Part shown: positions 1-13,099 of the stretch, in pieces
Position numbering within the stretch: position 1 is the stretch's first letter
Layout of the letters: the number at the start of each line of letters is the position of its first letter
DNA from: Eledone cirrhosa
Taxonomy: Eukaryota
Reading direction: 5' to 3'
DNA length: 64,000 nucleotides
NCBI GenBank assembly: GCA_964016885.1
Contig: OZ024760.1
Coordinates: forward strand, 14,508,001-14,572,000
The notes under the pieces: generated by a model
The model's input: only the letters and a program-made list of their open reading frames with translations
Told to the model about the DNA's origin: nothing
Database searches by the model: none
Translations under genes and position numbers: made by a program

Positions 1-1529
1 TGGTCCTCAGCGTGATCTTCACTTTGGTAAGTAGCAGATGATTTTATTGATATTTAACTCTTTCATTACCGTATTTATAATGAAATACATTGTATTTGAA
101 TAAATCAAAAAAAAAAGGAAAAAAAAACCAGTCACATATCACATGTTAATGTGCAGTCTGAAACTGGCGGAGTTTAGAGTCACAAGAGATATATAAATTT
201 CTGTGATTCTGTCACAACACATAAAGGGAGAGTAGTTTGACTACCTCATACTCTCCCTCTCTCTTTAGGTCTGTGCGTATGTATGTGTGTGTACAAGTAA
301 AGAGAGAGGAGTAGTTTGACTACCTTATACTACTCCTCTCTCTTTACGTCTGCTGCCTGCGTGAATGTATGTGTGTGTAAAAGGAAGGAAGGAGGTGGTG
401 AAAAAATTAGCAAAATAGCAGCTGGCATTCCATTTGTTATGCTATGTATGTGTGTGTTTGTGGGAATGTATGTGTGAATGTATGTGTGAATGTATGGCAT
501 TTTTAATCTTGTACGCATTGTAGGGTTTTCAAATATTTAAAATTATTTAACCCTCTAGCATTTAAACCGGTCATATCCGGCCTGATTTCCCTCACATCTT
601 TGTGTTCAAACTGGCCATAACTGGCCACTCATACTGATGTTAAGGTATTGTTCTGAAAATAAATAACATCAAAATCTCATAGATTCGATAGTATGAGATA
701 ATGAGGTAAGATAAAGCCTTTACCACAAAAATACAATAGTATATATAGATTAATGTAAATGTTAAAGGGTTAAATTTATATTTCAATAATATGTTGTTTT
801 TTTTGTTTTTTTTTCCCCTTTGAAAATTCAGGTGGATGTAGGTGGCTTTATATATATATGGGGTCTATACATTGATACAACATCCTGTGTGATATTGACC
901 ATTGCAGTTGGCCTCGTAGTAGACTACTCTGTCCACATTGGCTTCACGTTCATGACATTGAAGGGCAAAAGTAATGGTCAGTATTCTCTTATTCTTTTAC
1001 TGATTTCAATCATTATTCAATGTGGCCATGCTGGTGCACTGCCTTAATTTAGTCGACCATATTGACTCCAGCAGTTATCTTTCAAAATAAATTTTGTTTT
1101 TGAATTCTGGTACATATTCTGTCAATCTTTTTCTATGGAACTACTAAGTTACAGGATATAAAAACAGACAGACATGAACATAAACACACACACACACACA
1201 CAAGTAAGTCTATCTGATCGATAATTAAGTCTCTCATCGAGTTACTCCCTTTATAATGGGTTTTAAACGTATTTTAAAATATTTGGGATCGTTAAATTTG
1301 CTAAGGTAAGATTCTTTTGTTATCTTTTGTTATTTTGGCAATTTAACATTCTTCATACGCATTGTATTGGTCTTCAAAATTTAGATTTAGATTTCCTATT
1401 AAACAATGCTTCAAGCAAGCTACAAAACTCTTATATAAGATTAAAAGCCATACAATGCATTGAAAATTAAAGGTGCCAAGACAGTGATGGAATTTTACCT
1501 TAACAAATTTAATTATCCCAAATATTTTT

Positions 1530-1567
<38 letters not shown>

Positions 1568-4500
1568 TTACAACAGTGACATAAAGAGGTACTCAAGTTT
1601 CGTTGGTTTCTGGGCCCCAATTCATTCAGCCTGTCATGAGAAAAATAAAATCAAAGATGGCCACTTAGGGTTGATTGTGCTTTCCTTATGGGAATATAAC
1701 ATGAGAGTTTACACAGGAGCAGGTAATTTAGAAAAAAGTTTAGAAAAAGTTTTTTTTTAATTAAAAAAACAAACCTTTTCTTTATACTAAACTCGTCCTA
1801 TGGACTGAGAGCTCTTACTCTTGGATATTTCCACTTATATATATATATATATACTCACCTACATACTCACATACACATATACACATGGACACATGCGTAT
1901 ATATACCTATCTATATACTCTCACACATACACACCTGTATATATGAAGAGCAAATAACAGTCAGCATCTTTCATGTTTTCATATTTTTGTTTTTGTTTTT
2001 GTTCATCCACTACTACTACTGCTGCTGCTGATACTACTACTGCTACAAGCAAAATCATCATTAACTCCATCACCATTATCGACATCATCACTACCATTAC
2101 TAACACCACCACCACCAGCATCAACAACATTAACATCACCAACAACATCACTACTACTACTACCACATTTAACATTACTATCACTACCATCAGCAACATC
2201 ACCGCCTCAAACACCACCACCATCACAAACATCCACACCAACCATAACAACATACCAACTTCTAACTTTATACTTTTTATTTCCAGATCGAATGATTATA
2301 ACTATGAAAGAAATAGGTCCCCCTGTATTCCACGGTGGATTTAGCACCCTCATTGCTGTGGTACCCTTATCCATGAGTTCTACATACCCCTTCAAGGCGT
2401 TTTTTAAGGTAATATAGTAAAGGCTTTACCTCACCTAATTATTTATTTTGATAACAATACCTTTACATCAGTATGAGCGGCCAGTTACAGTCAGTTTGAA
2501 CAGAAAGAGATGAGAGAATTCTGGCCAGTTACAGCCAGTTTAAATGCTAAAGGGTTAACGTTGGTATGAGTTTGCTAGTTACAGTTGGTTTGAACAGAAA
2601 CAGATGAGAGAATTCTGGCCGGATACAACTGGTTTAAGAGTCAACCTTACCACTTTGTAAGTTTCCATCAACTCATCTCACTCTTGTCTTTGTGTTTTAT
2701 ATATATTCCTTAGATATTCCTCCTGGTTGTTATTTTCGGTCTCTTCCATGGTATTGTGTTTCTGCCGGTGATATTAAGTATCTTCGCACCATCAGCTTAC
2801 TCCTCAGCAAAAGACATAACAATCAAAAAGACCAAGAAAAACCATAAAAGCAATGCACCAAAATTGTCTGGTATCACTCACACTGGCTTGGACCTTGACA
2901 ACGAGGTAAACCCTTCTTTTTGGGGGTGATTTTTTTCTATTTTTATTTCTATTTTCTCTTAATTTTATTGTAGGGGCAGTACATTGTGGAAAAACAGTCT
3001 TAATCTGTTGACTGCCGTGTATATTTTACACAGCTACAGTTGCAGTGCCATTTTTTTCCTTTTTTTCAGTATAATAACTATTCTTTGAAACAAACATTTA
3101 TTAACACATATCTGAATGATTGCCAAACGTCACATCAATGAATTAGTAACCCTATTTAGCGTTAAAGTTATGAACTGTTGAAAAAAAGTTCAAACATGTT
3201 AGGATGAGTTATTTCATCTGTGCACTGAAGAGGTTAAATATCTTAATCATTTTATTATTGTAAGTCCTTGAGCAAGACACTTTATTTCATGTTGCTCCTT
3301 CTTCCTAGATTTGCGACCGGTAGATAGTATTAGCAATTGGAAAGACTAATGGAAACATTGTTTCCTTGGTCCGATTTGATGAACTCTACCCCATCCGTTA
3401 AATGAATGAGGAGTGGGATCTTGTTGATCGACTGTTATTATAACTTTAGAAGAAAAAGAACAAACAAAACATGTATTCATGGTAAACAAAAACATAGGCA
3501 CACTTGCACTTAAGCTCCCACAGTTCTGGCTTAAGCGAGCCACAGTATGCTTTGCACAAGCTGAGCCAGAGTTCACCATCAAGAATATCATGTTGGGGTC
3601 ACCATTTATAGCTTTAGTTAAGTTATATGCAAAATAACACCAAATAATGATTTGTTATGGCATGACGCATATTTACAAATTTAACTTCTTCAGTGTTGTA
3701 AATAAGATAGCTTGTCCTAACATTCATGCCTTCTAGTACCACAGACAAGATAACTTATCCAACATGTTTGAACTCTTTTCCAACAGTACATAACTTCAAA
3801 GTTATGAAATTGCTTCCAAAAGTTCATAACTTCAAAGTTATGAAATTGTTTCCAAAATTTCATAATTTCAAAGCTAGATGGGGTTATTAGTTTATTGGTG
3901 TAACATTTGTCAATCATTCAAATATGTGTTGTTAATAAATGTTTGTTTAAAAAAATAGTCATTTTACTGGGGAAAAAAACCAGCACAGCAACTGTAGCTG
4001 TGTAAAATATACATGGCAGTCAACAGGTTAAGGAAGAGCGATCTGCCCCTAAAGTCCAGGTCTTGTTACCTGCCTCACCAGAAGTGCTTTCACTACCAAC
4101 CAGTTCAATAACAAGTCTGCAGTAAAGGCCCTTCTATAAACAGTTCATCTTTTACAAGCTCATGGAACAGAGGTTCTGAAAGCAGGTGCTATATTGAAAA
4201 GCGTGTGCTACAATGAGAAGATACAGGGGCGCTGGGGCCTGGGGGTTGAGGGTGGTGGGGGTGGTGTGGAGACGGTAGAGATGATATAATAGTATATTAA
4301 ATATCAAATGATACATATTATATATATAGTAAAATAAAAAATATATATTTATTTATTTATACATCGTATCTATATTATATTATTTATATATCATTTTTTT
4401 TTTGTTTCTACTTTAAGCACAAGGTCAGAAATTTGAAGGGGAGGGGGAAAGTCGATTAAATCAAACTCGGTGTATTACTGGTACTTTATTTTCCAGTAAT

Positions 4501-6108
4501 ACATTGGGTTGATTTAATCGACTTTCCCCTCCCCTTCAAATTTCTGATTTTGTGCCTAAAGTAGAAACAAAGAATATATAAATTAACGATTTTATTTATT
4601 ATATATCATTTACAATTTGCATGTAGGTAGGTCTCTCTGGAAATAGGGTTGGGGGAAGGGCGCTGAGAGTATTACGTGGTTGTGAGGGGTGGGGAGGGGT
4701 GGCCCAAAAAGTTTGAAAACCTCTCCTCTATCACATATCACAAGTCACTTAGATAAATGCACACAGGAATGTTAGATCTCAAATATATACTTTATAAGTA
4801 TATATAAATATAGGTCAGATTTGATTTAATTTCATGACGCACCTGAGATTCTCAATTCTTAAAAATATCAGTGATATGTACACCAGGCAATTAACAATGG
4901 CACACTAAATTGTCGTGAGATATTGAGAGATTATAGGTAATGCACCCAGAGATTGTCTGTAATTCACTAAAGCATAGCTTCTCAAATTTCTTGGGCCACC
5001 CACTGCTCCACCTCACAGCCACGTAATACCTTCAGCACACCCCAATCTTATTTTCAGACAGACCTGCCTACATGCAAATTGTAAATAATATATAATAAAT
5101 AAAATCATTAATTTATATATAATAAATAATATAATATATACTATGGATAAATAAATAATATATATTTCTTATTTTACTATATATATATAGTACGTATATA
5201 CAATAAATAAAATCCTCAATTTCATCATCATCTTCACCGTTTTACGTCTATTCTTCCACGTTAGCATGGGTTAGACGGGTTGTCCTGTTATGGACAATGT
5301 TAGGTCAGCTGACCTTGTCTTGCTCAGACGTGAACTGATGTTGGCTTGATTTCTACAGCTGGATGCCCTTCCTAACACCAACCTCATTTACAGTGAGTGC
5401 TGGGTGCTTTTTTGTCGTGACACCTCCACGACCACTTTACAGTGGGAGGGGATGGGGGCATATTGTCTATATCCTTCAGCTTCGGCTTGTTCCCATGGAA
5501 AGTTGGATCTTCTGTATTACTGCGTGACGCCAGAGGTCACGGTTCTGTCTCATCGCCTTTGAGAGGTGCAATTGGGCAAGGTCCGTGTTTTATCACCTCA
5601 TCCCAGATCTTCTTGGGTCTCCTCACTCCACGGCTTCTATTGACCTCTAGTGCTCTGCACCTTTTTATTGAGCTGTCATATATAATAAATAATATAATAT
5701 ATATTATGTATAAATAAATATTATATATTTTTTATTTTACTATATTTGATATTTAATATACTATTATATCATCTCTCCACCCCCCTTAGGTCCCAGTGAC
5801 TCCTGGACCTCCCACTTTGAGAACCTTTGCCTCTCTTTCATTCTCACTCTCCCTCCCTCTCTTATTCTTTCTCTCTCTCTCGCTCTCTCTCTCATTCTCT
5901 CATCTCTCTCTCTCACACATTCTCACAGTCTCTCTCTCTGCAGTTGGACATGGTTACACAGACCCCTAACGGAAGTACATACAACACTGACTGTAACACA
6001 GAATACTTACACAAGAGAGTTCCATCAACAGAAATCCGGCCATCGGAAATCAGCATCTTTACAATACAGAACGGAGCCAAACCAGTCAAAGATCAAGAAA
6101 GCAGATAG
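1..6108 (+). CDS. 3' part of a second, near-identical PTCHD3-like gene (copy B); exons 15(part)-19, 5' part outside the window
   Basis: join(<1-26,832-976,2287-2408,2714-2905,5944-6108); same exon lengths, splice sites and phases as copy A; no stops or frameshifts in the 650 visible coding nt. Confidence 0.9.
551..769. mobile_element. piggyBac-like MITE (TTAA-CCCTTTAGCAT...ATGCTAAAGGG-TTAA family)
   Basis: TTAA on both sides, CCC/GGG TIRs; related copies at ~9780-9993, 11858-12087, 19030-19250, 20825-21030, 23821-24025, 43738-43958, 45001-45207. Confidence 0.75.
832..976 (+). CDS. Copy B exon 16 (VDVGGFIYIWG...[12 protein letters not shown])
   Basis: ttcag acceptor, G|GTCAGT donor; mirror of 20622-20766. 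Confidence 0.92.
2287..2408 (+). CDS. Copy B exon 17 ([18 protein letters not shown]...AFFK)
   Basis: Mirror of 19308-19429, identical by eye. Confidence 0.92.
2714..2905 (+). CDS. Copy B exon 18 ([13 protein letters not shown]...LDLDNE)
   Basis: Mirror of 16644-16835 with 2 substitutions. Confidence 0.9.
2971..4051. mobile_element. Non-autonomous DNA transposon with long (~170 bp) degenerate TIRs starting TAGGGGCAG
   Basis: ~2990-3140 is the reverse complement of ~3900-4035; ends ctgccccta; no clear TSD. Confidence 0.6.
5944..6108 (+). CDS. Copy B terminal exon 19 (LDMVTQ...DQESR*)
   Basis: Mirror of 15001-15165, identical by eye. Confidence 0.72.
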   Translation: MDMVTQTPNGSTYNTDCNTEYLHKRVPSTEIRPSEISIFTIQNGAKPVKDQESR

Positions 6109-7212
6109 ATGTAACTGTGGTGGTAGTGGCGGTGATGGTGGTCGTGGCGGTGATGGTGGTGGTGGTGATGGTGGTGGTGGCGGCGGTGATGGTGACGGCG
6201 GTGGTGTCAGAAGTGGTGGCCGTGGCGGTGATGGTGGTGGTACTGGCAGTGTTGGTGGTGGCAGCGGCCAAAACACAGTCCATGTTGTAAGTGTGGTCGT
6301 GTACAAAACATGGTAAAAAGGCTCCCAGTCCACACTGTAAATGTGGTTGGTGTTAGGAAGGGCATCCAGCTGTAGAAAACCCGCCAGACAATCCTATATG
6401 AGCGAGACACGGTCACTCGATCAATCTTGCCTCAAGTAGGACAATTCCCATCTAACCCATGCTGTGGTCGAAGATAGATGCTAAATGATGATGATGATGA
6501 TATCAAATTAAACAACGATGTTAAAGACTCGCATTAATCACCTATAATTTAATGAGCTCAAGGAATAGATTCTGGGCTCTTTATAAGACAGTAAATCCAC
6601 TATGGTTGAACACATACCTCTTTGTGTATTTTTCTCTACATACTGTGTTATATATATATATATATAATATATATATTTATTAAAATAACAGATTAAAGTT
6701 TAAGCAAAGAATCGCTGCTTTCTCCACCTGTGTACATATTCTTCTATAGAATATGTATTTGGTATATATACAATATATACTGTGTTTCTTATACCATATA
6801 TGGCCCTTTCTCTCTACATATATATATATATCTTTTTCATTTGGTTATCATGGCTTTAGATAAAGTCTATTGAGCTTCCTTATTGAGAAACACAAAATTC
6901 TGAACATATCTGATATGTTTTGATTAATTATTTGTATAAATATACTCTTTTACCCTTTTACCTCCTCTAGCCACCCGGCTGAGGCCATGCTACCGCCCTT
7001 ACACTTTAATATATATAATTTATGTAATTTTTGTTTATATGTATGATGATGATGATGTGTACAAGTTTACAACCCACAAATCTTTATTCCAATGAGAAGA
7101 CTCTAGAATTATATGGAATTTAAATATTAGCATTTACTCTTGTATAAATACATTAACCACACACATGTGTTTGTACATATATAAGATATATAATATAAAT
7201 ATATATTATATG

Positions 7213-7258
<46 letters not shown>

Positions 7259-7834
7259 AAAAACTTGTTTCTGTGCAGGGTGTATTTGTTCACAAATACA
7301 ACAGCAATAGCTATAAGTACATATATGTAGGTCATCCATTGTATTTATTTTCTATATCCATCCTCCGAAATGCATAGTAAAACCTACTACAGCCAGTAGG
7401 CATCTCTAACAAAATACACCCCGTCCCACCACCCCCACCCCATCCACACCACCCCCTTCTATGTAAAGTTATGTTGGTGCCACACCATCCAGGCCGAAAC
7501 AAATGAGATCGTGTAGGTGTCACGACAAAAAAAAAACACAGTCCACGTAATGTGGTCGTGTAGGCAACACGGTAAAAACCTCCCAGACCCACACTGCTTC
7601 ATTGGAAATTTAAGACGCTGGTCTGAGACTTTTACTTCCCTCCGAAGAAGAGATATTATCTCGAAAATTAAGGACATTTAAATAAATTCAAGGTGAAAGA
7701 CGAATTCTCATCAATATCTCTCACTATTGCATTCTTTTTTCTATGTCCATATCTGCATTGTCTTGGCCTTATTACACATATTCTAACGTTTATACCTCAT
7801 TACACAATGCTTCAAGTGAACTATAACCTCCTCC

Positions 7835-7868
<34 letters not shown>

Positions 7869-8094
7869 GTGTATGTATATATATATATGTGTATGTATAT
7901 ATATGTATGTGTATATATATTTATAGATATGTATGTGTATGTGTGTATTTGTATATGTATATATGTGTGTATGTGTATATATATATATATATATGTGTGT
8001 ATATATATATATGTATGTGTATATATATATATATGTATGTGTATATATATATATGTATGTGTATATATATATATATGTATATATATATGTATGT

Positions 8095-8126
<32 letters not shown>

Positions 8127-8654
8127 CAGCCATTGTCCCTGTTGAACCCTTGCCAGCTGGAAAGTGATGTAAATTATATATATATATATATACGTGGGAA
8201 AGTAAGAAATAGGAGAATAGACCGTTAAAACATGTTTATTTAAAACAGCACCTACGTACGTTTCGACCAGTTGGGATTCTCAAGGGCATAAATAATCAAA
8301 AGTGTTCCTTACATTGCTCGGAAAAAGTTTTTGGGGTTAAATCCACGTCAAGGTTCATTGCTCGCAAAAATAGCTTGTTTTGATTTTGCAGCAGGTCAAG
8401 GGAGGTAACTCTGGCCGGTGTTAGGGCAGTCTTTAACGGACAAATTTTTAAAGCGATGTGTTTACTTATCGCTGTTTCAGCTCTGCTGTTGATGAGCTAG
8501 TGGGGTCCAGTTATGATGTGGTAGAGCTCCATGAGGCAAATATCGCATTTCCTCTTGTAGTTGTACAGTGCAGCCCTGCCGACAATATCCCAGTGCGTGG
8601 AGAAGCTGATGATTAAGTCCTTTAGTGATACGATATATATATATATATATACAT

Positions 8655-8697
<43 letters not shown>

Positions 8698-8708
8698 CAT
8701 ATATACAT

Positions 8709-8745
<37 letters not shown>

Positions 8746-9004
8746 CATACACACATATATATCCTGTTGTACCTATTTCCCTATGGTGGCCTCAATATAC
8801 ATTGGCCCTTTATTAGCATACACTTATTAATATATGACTCATTGTATTACAGATGGCAATATTTGGTTTCTAGCTTAGCTTTACCACATCTATGTTTGTA
8901 GATTCTATATATGTATGTGTATATCTGTATGTGCATGTCATTGCTGTCTGGTTAAGGAGTTCGCTTTTCAATCACGTGGTTCTGGGATCAGTCTTCCTCT
9001 ATAG

Positions 9005-10114
9005 CAGAGGTTCTTAGACCTTTTGGGCCACCACCCACCTCATGGCCACGTAATACCCCCGACCCTATTTCCAGAGAAACCTTCTTCTAATGACGTTAAA
9101 CTCCGCCAGTTGCAGATTGCACATCAACATGTGATATCTCTCTCCACAAAGTTTGATCACCAGCAGCAGAGTTCAAAGAGCAAAGATCAAGTCCAGTTCA
9201 AAAGTTGACATTGTCAAGCCATCATTTTGTCTGCCGGCCTCTGCTTCTCTTACTAGCCAACCTTCCTTCCAGGCATAACCTACTCACACCACGAGTGGAT
9301 CTTTTTATATGGTCGTATAGTTTGAGTACTCTTGACTTGACAATTGATGTAATTGGTCTAAGTTTGGTAATGTTGAGCAGCTCACTGATACAGATATGGT
9401 CGCTGAGCCAGTTGCTAGTCATAAGTCTCATGATGTGGTTCTCCAGAGAGACTTGCCTACATGCAAATCGTAAATAATATACAAGTAAAATTCCGTTATA
9501 ACGAATATTATTATAACAAATTTTTCAGTATAACAAATTTTTTTTCAAACCCCAGCAACAGACTCGATGTGTTTCGGTTGATCTCGCTATAAAGAATTTT
9601 TTGTTACAACAAATCTCTTTTTATACCCTGTGAATTTCGTTATAACGGATTTTTACTGTATAATAAATTAAATTGTTAATTTGTATATAATAAATAATAT
9701 AACATATACTATATATAAATAAATATTATATATTTTTTATTTTACTATATTTATATATAATATGTATCGTGATATTTAACCCTTTAGCATTTAAACCAGA
9801 TATATCCGGCCAGAATTCTCTCACCTCTTTCAAACTAGCTGTAACCAGCCACTCATACTGAAGTTAAGGTATTGTTCTCAAAATAATAATATTAAAATCT
9901 CATAGATTCGATATTATGCCAGATATTATGTAAGATAAAGCTTTTACCATGAAAATAAAATAAAAAATATAGAGTAATGTAAATATTAAAGGGTTAATAT
10001 ACTATCGTATCATCTCTACCTCCCTCTTTGACCCCAGTACTCCCTGGGCCTTTTCAACGACCCCCCAATCCCCCCGTCAGAGTGGGGCGGTAGCACCCAC
10101 TTTGAGAACCTCTG
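9005..10114. mobile_element. hAT (Charlie-like) non-autonomous element with nested RTE tail, pogo-like MITE (~9482-9658) and piggyBac-like MITE
   Basis: TIR CAGAGGTTCT...AGAACCTCTG; 8-bp TSD ctctatag/ctttatag; related copies at ~4168-4722 and ~4973-5829. Confidence 0.8.
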
Positions 10115-10849
10115 CTTTATAGCCTTGAGTTATGGAAAGGAGTTTAGAACATTTACAGCCTTTTCACCACCCAATCCATTTTTGACAGAGTGTAGTGTCT
10201 GTGTCACACATGGACAGAAATGCTGTGCAATCATTATACTATAGATTGAATGTGCTCATGTTACAAGCCTAGCCCAATATGATTATGTATAGCATGGAAA
10301 TTTTCAGTGTAAAGTACATTTGTAGCCACACACTAACCTAGTTCCTTTCTTAAGACATTAAAAAAATATTTATTTTTCATTTTTCTCATATGTCACATAC
10401 TTCATGAAGATATTTTTTTATGTCTTTGAACCATAATCTTTTATATATTATATCATCATCATCATCATCGTTTAATGTCTATCTTCCATGTTACCATGGG
10501 TTAGACGAGAATTGTCTCACTTGAGGCAAGATTCGTCAGGTAACTGTGTCTCGCTCGTATAGGACTATCTGGCAGGTTTTCTACAGCTGGATGCCCTTCC
10601 TAACACCAACCACATTTACAGTGTGGACTGGGAGCTTTTTACCGTGTTACCTACATGACCACATTACAGCGTGGACTGTGTTTATTTGTCGTGACACCTA
10701 CACGACCTCATTATTTTGGACTGGATGTTGTGGTACCAACTTTATAGAAAAAGGGTGGTTTGGTGGGCCTGGGAGGATGAAGTAGGAGTAGTGGGTTGGG
10801 GTGTATATTTGGTTAAGAGGTGTCTACTGACTGTAGGTTTCAGTTTGTA

Positions 10850-11370
10850 CATCGCCAAGGCGGGTCTTCTGTATTACTGCGTGGCACCAAAGATCTCGGT
10901 CCAATGACAGTGTCTTAGAGAGGTGCAAGTGTGTAAGGTCGGAATTTATCAAATCGTCCCAGGTTTTTCTGGGTCTACCTACTCCGTAACTTCCATCAAT
11001 TTTGATCGCCCTTCACTTTTTTATACAGCTGTCGTCTTTCATACACATCATGTGACCATACCAATGTAATCTTCTCTCAAGTAAACAGCATCTGATCCCT
11101 CTTATTCCTAATTTCTCACTTTGTTCATTTATGTTTTGCCGTTTACCTATATTACTATTACACATCCAACGGAGCATGCATGCTTCATTCCTTTCCAGTC
11201 TGCGCAGGTTCTCTGCACACAATGCCCATGTCTCACTGCCATGTAAAATTGCTGTTCTTATACAGACATCATACAATCTGCCTTTCATTTTTAGAGAGAA
11301 AACTTTTGTGGCCAACAGCAGTATAAACTCTCTGAACTTTTTCCATCCCATTTTGACTCTGGCTACTGTA
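10850..11370 (-). mobile_element. 5'-truncated RTE-clade LINE fragment
   Basis: ORF GWKKFRE...GRLYDVCIRTAILHGSETW...RRLHWYGHM; same family as 17010-18360. Confidence 0.85.
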
Positions 11371-13099
11371 CATTACATTGGAAGAGGTGGTGTGGATGGG
11401 GTGGGGGTAGTTGGACGGGGGTGTATTTTTGTTAGAGGTGCCTAATATTTATATACTTATATATATATATACACAAAGGAACTCATAAATTTTGGCCTTC
11501 TACGACCACATTAATGAAAGGCTGACCCCAAATACTGAAGCTATGTCTCATTTCAACTTTGGCTCCATTTTCTGTTTGTTTATTGTGAATATTCAAGTCC
11601 TGCTTCAATCTTCCATGTGACTTTGATAACTTTGATAAGTTTCGGCCTGTATTGGCCCAGGCCATGTCTAACTTAATAGCACCACCTGACTTGCAGGTGT
11701 TTTTTTTACAAATATGGCATTGAAACTTGTCATCCTAAATGAAACTCCAAAATTCCATGTATGTCTTACATTGCATGGTGATACTGATACTATCACAGAC
11801 CAGCATAATTAGGCATACTTTAGTGCATAAGGCACACTTAAAGATGCCTTCATTTAACCCTTTAGCTATATCCGGCCAGAATTCCATCACCTCTTTCTGT
11901 TCAAACCAGCCAGAATTCCATCACCTCTTTCTGTTCAAACCGGCCATAACTGTCTGCTCATACTGATGTTAAGGTATTGTTCTCAAAATAAATAATATCA
12001 AAATCTCATAGATTCGATATTATGTGAGATAAAATGTTTACTGTGAAAATACAATAGTAAATATAGAGTAATGTAAATGTTAAAGGGTTAAAAACAAATT
12101 TACAAATATCAAACAAGGCAATATTAAAATATATATATATATTATTTATTTTAATAAATTATATCTAATTGTATGTTTTTCGTTTTTCCTTTGTCTTTCT
12201 CATGCTCCATTTTGTGAATATGTTTTGTTACCATGGACACACTGACACACATGGATCTGTACATGATGGGGATGATAGTGATGATGATGATGATGATAAA
12301 CCTTGATTTGGGTAATAAATATAGATTCCTGCACATGCTCCTACACATACACCCATTTCACATACATACCTGAACACACATGAATATAGATATTAGTTTA
12401 ACAATGTTAATAATAACTGTTTCCACTTTTGGCACAGGGCCAGCAATAACCCAGTGCATTACTGGTACTTTATTTTATCAACCCTGAAAGGATGAAAGGC
12501 AAAGTTATCCTCGGCAGGATTTGAACTCAGAATGGCAAAGGCCGTAACTCTATGCTGCAAAGCATGGCATCCGACCCTCTACTGATACTGCCAATCCACC
12601 ACCTAACAATGATAATATTGGGTCATTAAGTATGAAATTTGTACAGATTTGTACAAATTTCGTATTTGATGACCCAATAATAACAAAGGCAAGTTATTTT
12701 ACATACTTCTTTCATTGTTTTACAACCGTTTCGGTGGGTTGATCATATTGATATATTGACTGATCTATAGCAATTAGAGAACTGTATACTATCAGACATA
12801 ATATATGGGTTCGATCATACCTTCGAAAGGTAGAGCACATTGTGTGCGTGTATATCTTCATCATCGTTTAACGTCTATCTTCCACGCTAGCATGGGTTTA
12901 GACGGAGCATGGGTTTATATATATATATATATATAATAGTTTTTTTAACAATGATAACAATGATACCTTATTCATTGTTTTATGATCATTTTGGAGGGTT
13001 GATTATATCGATGTATTGACTGATCTATAGCAGTTATAGAATTGTATACTATCAGACATAATATATTGGTTCGATCATACCATCTTCTTTGGAAACATA

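Noticed and set aside
1921-2344. Thr-rich, Val-rich and Pro-rich ORFs (also 6025-6333, 14729-15023, 19463-19705)
   Set aside because: Trinucleotide low-complexity intron or UTR sequence overlapping real exons in other frames.
3309-3420. Exon-like segment after cttcctag in intron 18
   Set aside because: Early stops in all three frames, and it lies inside the TIR element at 2971-4051.
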